Positions 51,040 to 64,000 of a stretch of 64,000 bases of DNA are shown here, in pieces. Origin of the DNA: the human T2T-CHM13v2.0 reference genome, Homo sapiens; assembly GCF_009914755.1 (NCBI RefSeq), contig NC_060939.1; one strand, given 5' to 3'. The notes under the pieces were generated by a model, which had not been told where the DNA came from, did no database searches, and was given only the letters and a program-made list of their open reading frames with translations. Made by a program: the position numbers and the translations under genes. Numbering within the stretch: the first letter of the stretch is position 1; each line of letters begins with the position of its first letter.

Positions 51040-51720
51040 AGGGCGCGCGGGTCAGAGGAGGAATGGAGGGTCAACAGTGGCTTCAGTGGGTCAGTAAGGA
51101 TTCAAGGCATGAGTAGAGGAGGTTAGGGGGTCAGAAAGGTCCCAAGACAGAACAGGTAAGGGGTCATAGGGAACAGGGTCCCGCACAGAGAAGAGCCGGG
51201 AGGGTGTGCGCGCGCCGCGGACCTCCCATTGCTCCAGAAGACGCGCCATGTCTGCATCATTGTAATCGCGAATATCCTTCTTCTTCTTCCGGGGAGGTGG
51301 GGTAGACTCGTCGGGCGTCCCGGGCGAGCCTTCGGCCGCGCAGGACCCAGGCGGTGGTAGCAGTAGCAGCAGCAGCAGCAGGTCAGAGGCACAAAGCAGG
51401 ACCACGGCCTTGCGCGCCCACCTGGAAGCCGCCATTTTCGCTGCGCCGCGCAGCGCCCTAGACGCGCTTACCCGACCTGCGCGGGCCGGACCCCGCCTTG
51501 CACACGCCTTCCTGTCCGCCTTTCCGAGGCCCCGCCTCCCGGCCCTCGCTAGCCTACCGGGCCCCGCCCCGTACCATTTCCTAACCCCCGCCTCTGGAAG
51601 CCCCGCCCCTCCGCCATTTTGGCCCCGCCCCACTGGCTCCTCCTCTTGGTCCGGCTGAGGCGCTCTGTCCCGGCTGGGTGGGTCCCTGAGTGCTCATTTT
51701 TCGTTTTCCGTCAGAGGCCG
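51040..51720. promoter_or_regulatory. MESD: MESD CpG island / TATA-less promoter with GC boxes and YY1-like motifs
   Basis: High CpG density; repeated CCCCGCC(C/T) GC boxes at 51490-51630; CCGCCATTTT at 51429-51438 and 51611-51620. Confidence 0.88.
51223..51435 (-). CDS. MESD: MESD exon 1 CDS (signal peptide MAASRWARK...LLLLLLLL...RLLEQWE)
   Basis: ATG at 51435 in strong Kozak context AAAATGG; GT donor at 51222-51221; 213 nt; recognised LRP chaperone MESD (MESDC2) N-terminus. Confidence 0.97.
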
Positions 51721-52297
51721 ACCTTTTTCTCTGGAACGCACAAGCCAGGTCCAAAAGTTCCTTCAGGGCCTCCAGGAACCACTAACCAACGTCCCTGTTG
51801 ACCTCAGTTTCTCGCCTGTGAAATAAATTGGAACTGGAAGTTCTGGAGGCTGCCTCGGCTCTAAAAAAGCCCATTTCTGGATGTCGGACGTTTATCCTCA
51901 GTCTCTTGCAATTTCCTTTGAGAACAGCCAGTTAAAAAGAAGTGAGTGGCAGGTAGGGCAACTTTTTTCAGAAAGTCATAAATAGTTCGAGTCCACTGCT
52001 TTCCTCATCAATAAAGAGGATTCAGTTCAACCAGCTTTCAATATTTGTTTTTTTTTTCCAAAAAGATCATTACTATTCATCCAAAAAAAAAAAAGCTTGC
52101 CTTTCTTTGATTTCAACCTAATACTGTAGGCTCTAACTAATCCTTTTCAAGGCTGAATCACGCTACTTTTTGTTTCTTAAAAAGATTTTGGCCAAAGATG
52201 CTTTGAGATTCTTCTTGTTTTAAACGGCTCATCAGCTGATGTCTTTAAAATGTTTAATTACATAAGACCTTAAAAAACAAAAAACAAAAAAAACCAA

Positions 52298-52432
52298 AGG
52301 CCGCACGGTGGCTTAAGCCTTTATAATCCCAGCACTTTGGGAGGCTGAGGTAGGACGATAATTTGAGTTTAGGAGTTTGAGACCAGACTGGGCAATAAAG
52401 CAAGACCCGCATCTCAAAAACAACAACAAAAA
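52298..52432 (+). mobile_element. FLAM/Alu monomer
   Basis: Single arm. Confidence 0.8.
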
Positions 52433-52574
52433 ACGCTTCATTCTTTATACTGCTGCACAGTTTTATTTGGTATTGTTAAATTAATAGTTTATTTTCCTAT
52501 TGATGGGCATTTATTACCAATTTTTCTGCTATTACAACAAAAAAGAGCTGTAGTAAACCTTATTCAAGCCTTGT

Positions 52575-53070
52575 TTGGATAGGATTAGTAGGCTGCATAT
52601 AAAAGAAAACTGACTTTTTAAGGTGGTTTAAACAAGATAAAAGGTTTTATTGTGATTGACTTTTCTTTCACAGAAGCAGTGTAAACTCGAAACTAGGGCT
52701 GGTATAGTGGCTTCTCAGCCATCTGGTACTCAGCCTCTTCCTCATCCTTCTATCATATTAGCCTGTGGCTTCCACCCTCAAGGTCAGAAATTCCAGGATG
52801 GCTCCTGGAGCTCCAGTCATCAAGATGACATTCAACCAGAGGAAGGGAGAAGGCAGGCCAAACCAAGCACACCTTTCAAGTGGAGTCAACTTCTTTTAAG
52901 CAGCCTACTTGAACATTGCATACATTTCTGTTTACATCTCATTGGCTGGAACCTAGCTCTCCAAGGGAGGCTGAGAAATTGTCTTCTAGCTGTATACATT
53001 GTCATCTCAAATGAAATTAGGATTGTTATAAAGGGAAAAGAATAAAGTGGAGGTTGAGTAGGCAACTACG
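52575..53070 (-). mobile_element. MLT1J/K-like MaLR LTR
   Basis: ggtggtttaaacaagata; tacatctcattggc; caagggaggctgagaaat. Confidence 0.6.
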
Positions 53071-54809
53071 CCTGCTTTCCTTCACTCTTAGGACCAGTGC
53101 AATTTAAATTCTCTCACACCGTAGGAGTGGCTGATATTCTACATATTCATGCATGCATCTGTATGTAAACACGCTAAGCTATGACCTTTCCTATTGACGT
53201 TGAGCAGAAACAACTCATAAGAAAAAGATTTTTTCTTTTGTGAAATCATAGGGGAAATGTCATGAGCTTTCTCCCCAGAGCACATTGCTCCACCCAGTGG
53301 CTTGGAGCCCTATCCTAGTGCAGTCATACTAAAAAACATGCACAGCTGTGGCTGATCATGTGCTCTACTGGGAGGGGTCACCCTGGTAATTCATATTGCC
53401 AGCTTCAAAGTTAAGGGGCAAACGTGTTGGGATTCTTGGCCCACATATCTAGTTATAGAGAATAAGATCATTGAAAGTTTTACAGAAATTGTTGGGAATG
53501 TGTAGAAAGTTTCAGGGCTACTGACTTTCCTCTAAGGAGGAAATCAATTCGGCATATAATCCACTGATATGAAAACATCTGGATCAATTGCATTTTCAAC
53601 ATTTGGATATTTGAAACTTACTTTAGTGTTTGGAACTTGATTCCATTCAACTTGGGGGGAATTTTATTTACCAAAGACCTATTGTTAACCAAGAATCAGG
53701 TGAGGCACTGATGCAAAAATGAATATAACAATATCCTTACTCTGGCAGAGCAGATAAACAATATGCAGTAAATTTCATGCAGATTACAGGAGATCCGGGC
53801 CCAAAGGGATGATGTGATGATGATGATAATCTCTCCAATTTAAATAAGAGGAAATCCTGGTTTTACAATTACACAATTTGTCTGAGGCTGCACAGCTAGT
53901 GCAGCGGCAAGGCAAGAATCTAAGCCGAGGTGTACTGGATAACAAGGTCCAGTCTTCTTGGAGTCCTTCTTCCGCCACAGCACCATCTAGGTTAATCAGT
54001 GAGGCACTCAGGATGGTTAAATTGGGAGCCAAATGGAAAATGCATTGAAAAGTCTGGAGCGAGGAGCACTCAGATGGGACAAGAGTCTGTGCCAGGTACC
54101 AGGTGGTGCAGTGTAGACTGGAGAGGACAGATGTGAAAGATTGTGTGCTCATGGCCTAAGTGAAGCCACAAGTCTCTTCAGTGCTCTGGGGTTAATACTA
54201 ACCCCACCTCTAAGTGATTCAGTGACTGTGGATGGTAAAGTTGAATCTCAGATCTAATTAGTGTCTTAACCTGAGCTCATCCTGGCATGCATCATTCCAC
54301 AACAGAGGAGGGTGAAGCAAGACTTTCTAGTACTATTTGGAAGCAGGCGGGGGTAATATTCAAAATGTTGAAAAACTGGAGTAGCACAATTACCAGTTAA
54401 TCAGAACTGAGGCAGATGAGCTGATGGGTACAGTCACCATTGTGCCAAACATTAACCCTCTAATGACTGACTCATGGGAAGGCATAGGAGGAGAGGCCTG
54501 GGGATGGGCTGAGAGAGGTAATGAGTATTTACCATTTTGCACTTTTGTTGCTTTTTAATCCAATGTAAGAATAGACGTACTGCATACTTCCTGGGTTTTA
54601 CCAGCCCCTAAATTTACTCACTTAAAAAATTTAATTACATAGACACGAATCATTCATTGTAGTTGCTAAATATTGGTAGCAACTAACTCGTTGCCTTTTG
54701 TTGGAATTTCAGATTTTCAGTAGAGAATGTGACTGGCCCAGTCTGAGGCAGGTGTCCATTCCTGGTCACCACCATTATTTTTGGGCAGAAGAGCATACTC
54801 ACAGAGTTA

Positions 54810-55143
<334 letters not shown>

Positions 55144-55954
55144 TCAATAAGAAAAAGATGAACAACCAAATGAAAAACGGTCTAGGACATGAATAGGTAA
55201 TTCCCAAAAGAATAAATATAAATGGCCAGTTCACATGTGGCAAAAACAAAACAAAACACAGAATCTCTCTAATATCAAAAAATGCAAATTCAAACATGTT
55301 ATAATTTTTAAATTATCAGTTGATCCTGGATAAAAATACAGACAGTATACACTGTTGACAAGGCTAAGGAAAGAAGTCTTCTCACTCACTTCTCGGGGGA
55401 TGGAGTTTTCTGCTTGAAAATTAGGTGAAATGTATCAACTCCCCCTCCCCACAAAAAAGTGCATAATATGATTAGCAAGTCTACTTCCAAGAACTTGACT
55501 CTGAGGAAACAGACAATGAAAATAATAGTAATGTTAATATTGAGCACTTACTATTCGACAGGCATTCTGCTGAGTGCTTTCCGTGTATTTCTTCACTTAC
55601 CCAATGTAACAATCCTATAACACTCTCCATGAGTGGGGAAAATGAGAACAACTCTAAGTGTTTCAAAAATTGTAGACTATAAAATCTACATTTACAGTTG
55701 CAAGCTGTATTCCACACATATGATGGATAATATGCAATCAAATATATATATTTGTTGCTACTAAAGATATTCATTTTATACTATATGATTTTAAATGCTA
55801 TTAAAATTATACAGATATATATCTATGTATAGGAAAAGAGCTGCAAATATGTATACGATGGCTGTCTCTAAGCAGTGAGATTCCAAAATATTTTAACCTT
55901 TTCTCTGTATTTTCTATTTTTCTTCACATCTAACATACGTCAGTGGTGGTGTGT

Positions 55955-56511
<557 letters not shown>

Positions 56512-58062
56512 CACTTGTGCTTTAAAAGGAGAGACACACATAAACACACTGCTGCTTACAAAATGTGAATTGATACCCTTCTTTCCACCAATATGTAAGG
56601 GTGAAAAGTCTAATTTCAATGGAAATTATCAGAATAATACATGTAATTCAAATTATCTACAATAGTGCAATGGCCTTGAAAATTTGGGGATGAGATCTGA
56701 ATCTCTGAAGAAGGCAGGACTTTTATCTGTGTCATCTGAAAAAATTACATGTACTTTGCAGCACAGATATATGCAGTTATGTTCAGAAAATTCAGTCTGT
56801 TTCCAAAGAATCACCTCCCTGGACTATCTCAAACAAGCTGTAAGAAAAATGAGGTGAACACACTTGCTAAGCAAACAGGCCTCAGGCCTCCCCTTCAATC
56901 TTAAGAGTTGTGAGCTGTTAGGTCATGACCAGACCTAGACTGTACCCCTGCTGTTGTTTCATGAATATCCATGACTTTCTGTCCGTTACTGAATAAAAGT
57001 TGTGAGCAGCCAGAGTTTGGTTCAATAAAAGGGCACCTTTCTTGCACAGAGACTTAACAGATAAAATAATTCATTAACTTATTAATGCCATAAACACTGA
57101 ATACATTAAATGTGGGGGAAAGATGCATAGATCAAGTCCCTGCCCTTACAGAGATGATAGGGTTGTGGAGAGAGTTACACCAACAGTTACAAGTACTTGA
57201 CGCCACTCTGAAGCTGAGCAGGCATCATAGTAGCTACAAGGGGGGGAAGAAATACCTGGGTCTGTCTGAAAGATCAGGGAACCTCCTTGTGAGGCACCAA
57301 TACATCTAATCACTCTGTAGTTACTGACTACTAGGCACCATGAGAGATGTCAAAACTTGGTCAGGCATGATTAGTGTTAAGACCAGGGTGCCTGAAACTT
57401 AGCACTTGTTTTTTCTCTTCTTCAGGATGCTGGAAAATAGAAAATACATCCAAAGATGGCTGGCCAGTAAATGAATGGGGTACAGAATTTATTAATCTGT
57501 GCAAGCAAACTTTGCCTCCATGGAGGGTGCTCTGGTAAACTAATGCAGAAAATTCCAGCTCTCCTAGACTTCAGGACCTGCATGCTCAGGTGTGCCTGCC
57601 AAGGTATAACTGGTCCAGCACACAGGGCTCCCTCACACACCCAGCTGCAGGTGAACAGAGAGAAAGCATGGAGGGAGGAAGGGAGGGTGGAAAGTGGGGC
57701 TGGGGAGGAAATGGGAGTGATGTGTGAGGTACTGCCCAGGTGTTCTTACTGGATGGGAACAAAATATGCCAGAGAGCAAGAGGACATGCCAGGTAAGGAG
57801 AGCGAGGTGTTAGACAGTGATCTTGCTCCCTGGTGAACCAGGGGCTGTTGTCATGCATCACCTATGACAATGAAGGAATCTGGGGAAAAGAAGGAGAGAT
57901 ATAAATTCCTCTCTTTTACAACAGATAGTGAAAGGGAAATAATGCATATGTATAAGAAAGATAGCCTGAGATGTAATTGGCCCATCTGTGTGCACAAAAG
58001 CAAAACAGAGGGACATTGCTCCAAAGGGAAAAATAATTAGGGCAGAGAATGCCTCTTACTGA

Positions 58063-58076
58063 CCAACAGGTGGCAC
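58063..58076 (+). promoter_or_regulatory. CTCF-like motif
   Basis: CCAACAGGTGGCAC resembles CCASYAGRKGGCRS with one mismatch. Confidence 0.45.
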
Positions 58077-58152
58077 TACAGACCAAACACAGCATGGTTG
58101 TTGGTCTGTAAAGTGTGGGGTAGTGTGAAAGTTGGGTATCAAAACCCAGAGT

Positions 58153-59010
<858 letters not shown>

Positions 59011-59060
59011 CAAAACAGAATGCCCATAATGTTCTCTTATACCAAGTGGTGGATGCACCT

Positions 59061-59117
59061 TCTAAAACAGGCAAGAGACGAGGTAAAAGATGTTTCCCCA
59101 ATCCTGCCTGTCTCAAC
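59061..59117 (-). ncRNA. MIR4514: pre-miR-4514 hairpin (mature ACAGGCAGGATTGGGGAA at 59111-59094)
   Basis: Minus-strand sequence matches my recollection of hsa-miR-4514; arms ACAGGCA and TGCCTGT base-pair. Confidence 0.8.
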
Positions 59118-59354
59118 CTGTCAGTTCCTCTTGTCCTGCCCAAATCCTCAGTTCTCTCTTTGCAACTTGTTCACTTACTTTTCATCAGATGCCTATTTCA
59201 GTGTAGGCCTTGAGCCAGTATTGAGAATGCATTCTCTAGGGGCCAGGCCATTTACCAGCTCCCTCTCATCCACTCCATTTACCTTCCCTCAGCCAATCCT
59301 CAGTCCACACATTTTCCGCTTTCTTCTCTCACTCAACATCCATTAAAAAAAAAA

Positions 59355-59697
59355 ATACTTAGTCCATTTGAGCTGCTATAACAAAATACCTTAGACTGGG
59401 TAATTTATAACTAATAGAAATTTATTGCTCACAGCTCTAGAGCTGGGAAGTAGAAGATCAAGGCCCCAGCAGGGGCCCATTCCTCATAGATGATGCGTCC
59501 TCTATGTTGCTGCATCCTCCCATGATGAAAGGGCAAAAGAGGTGAACAACTCTCTCACACCTCTTTTATAAGGCCACTAACCCCATTCAAGAGGGCTCCA
59601 CCTCATGACTTAACCATCTCCCAAAGGCTCACCTTGTAATACTGTGACACTGGTGATTAAGTTTTAACATATGAATTTGGGGGTCAGATCACAGCAA
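59355..59697 (-). mobile_element. MST/MLT1A-like MaLR LTR
   Basis: cttagtccattt..gctgctataacaaaatacc..agactgggtaatttata. Confidence 0.8.
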
Positions 59698-60616
59698 ATA
59701 CTTTTGATTTATATTTATTTTAATTTTGAGAGGGTTAGAAGGGGTAATAGGTGGAGTTTTCTAAAGAAAAAGCCATTGCTTGAGTGACTCTAAGGGCAGA
59801 CACCAACAAGCCATCCTCTAATTAGACTAAAAATATGCAACAGCAACAGACAACCCTCAAATCTCTGTGACTTAACACACCAATAATTTACTTTGTGTTC
59901 ACATTGCATGTCCACTACAGATCAAGAGGGTCTGCTCCACATGGTCACCTAAGCTTACAGAGGCTCCACCAACTAGAATGCAGTCTCCGTGGTAGTTATA
60001 GGAGGGCAAGAGAGTGGAGAATTACAGATTGGCTTTTCATTGTCTCAGCCTAGAAGTAACCTGCATAGCTTCCCCTTACATTTCATTGGTCAGACAGAAC
60101 CACATGGCCCTGCCTACCTACAAATATTGTATCTGTGAAGCCTGATTATCTCTGCTATAGGTTTTTTACTCTGTGCTCTCACTGTGCCAATAGTGAAATT
60201 GTGGCTGTTTCTTGTGAATCTACTCCTATCCCTGGACTCTAAAGAGTGGGGGGCCTCATATTACAAATTATGTAACTTTGGTGCCTAGCACAAGACTGGT
60301 GCCCAGTGATTGTGGAGTGATTGAACAATCGGACAAAGTAAAGGTGAACCTAAAGAAAGGTGGAGGCAGTGCCTGGGAGGATCAGTTTAGGAGCTTCCCT
60401 ATCTGAAAAATGAAGCAGGGAAGGCCGAGAAAACAATGCTATCAGTTTTAAAAATGAAACCAAACCTCACTGAATAGAGTGGACAGTCTGTGTGTAACAC
60501 AACTCATTGTCGGGGTGGGTTTCCATCAACAACAAAACAGACTGCATATGTAGAAGAAAGGGAAAATGGGACCCCCAGGGGCACTACGTGGCTTTGGAAA
60601 AAAAATCTGATCTTAG

Positions 60617-60980
<364 letters not shown>

Positions 60981-61929
60981 CCCTCTCATAAGTTTTTGGA
61001 GCTTAAGAAGGACTAAGGTGCAATCCCTGGGTCACCATGGAAAAACCTTGACTTATCCAGCTGTTTTTTTTTTCTCTTGTAGAAGAAAAAAAGGAATTAA
61101 CCCTACATAATTACTTCCTATTTCAAGTCAGTTTTATTGACCTCGGTTTGCAAACTAAGTGGGCTCATCCGGATTCTAAAGATATTTAAGGATACTTTCA
61201 GTTATAAGTAGGATGACTATCCATCCAGGTTTGAACCTGCTGTTCATGGTTAATTTATTAATAGCATGTCTCACAGTTCATTCTCAGAAATGCTTGGATA
61301 TGGCCGATAAATTGAAACGTCATCCTAGTTAAAAGTAACGTTTTTAACTGGCTGGAGAAAGGTGACTTGGGGTTCTAGGAAGGGACAGAGGAACAAACAT
61401 TCTGTTGGCTCAGCACGCCCAGCCTGTGTTGGGCTGGGCACCTTAGAGGACCTGTTTCAGGACTGCGTGACTGGCGTTTTGCTGGGAGTAGCCCAGGTGT
61501 TTTAACCACTTCCTGAAGAACAAGGTTCGGTAAAAAGAGGCTGGGGCGTAGGCGTGGGTTCCTGTCCCTGCCATATGCTGTCTTCCTGATCTTCGGAAGT
61601 CACTTCAAGCACCTGATCATCAGTTTCCTTATCTGTAAAACTGGAGTAGTAATGTTTCCCTCCAAACGCCGTCGTATTTAATTCATTTAACAGCAGCCAC
61701 TATTATTCCATTATACAGACGAATAAATAGACGTTATGAGAGGGCAAAGTGCGCTGATCAGGGCTCATAATAATTCTAACAGCTACTGTTTAGGAACCAA
61801 GTACTCAAGCAGCCTGTGCACAATCTCTAATTTCTAGAAGAGAAGACGGATACTTGGAAAGAGAACTTGAACAATGTCATGGAACTCATAAATGGCTTGA
61901 GAAAGGCTGATCCTAGGAAATCTGCTTCA

Positions 61930-64000
<2,071 letters not shown>

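Noticed and set aside
51436-51633. In-frame N-terminal extension of MESD in the ORF track (180 aa ORF)
   Set aside because: Starts at a non-ATG codon inside the GC-box promoter and reads through the exon 1 donor; ATG 51435 gives the known signal-peptide start

Overview
Human (primate) genomic DNA. I recognise the CEMIP-MESD-TLNRD1 locus (15q25 in human) from the protein sequences. The + strand holds the last five coding exons and 3' UTR of CEMIP (KIAA1199/HYBID; 3493-~13300). The - strand holds the complete 3-exon MESD gene (234 aa, ATG 51435, stop 40863), convergent with CEMIP. MIR4514 lies at 59061-59117 (-). The window ends in the CpG island, long GC-rich leader and first 28 codons of TLNRD1 (ATG 63917). 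The rest is repeat-dense: about 35 Alu elements or fragments, a 4.2-kb 5'-truncated L1PA with an 11-bp TSD, older L1M/L2/MIR, MaLR/ERV LTRs and hAT DNA transposons. Most short ORFs in the track are repeat- or chance-derived. I see no new multi-gene system. The best leads are: (1) two repair scars inside Alus with apparently locally templated inserts, one an exact 30-bp copy from 3.8 kb away and one forming a double AP-1 palindrome; (2) a coherent set of minus-strand splice and polyA signals for a MESD read-through isoform antisense to the CEMIP last exon; (3) ten upstream ATGs in the TLNRD1 leader, including an ORF overlapping the main start; (4) an inverted Alu pair present only in the long MESD 3' UTR. 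Repeat subfamily names and boundaries were assigned by eye and are approximate.
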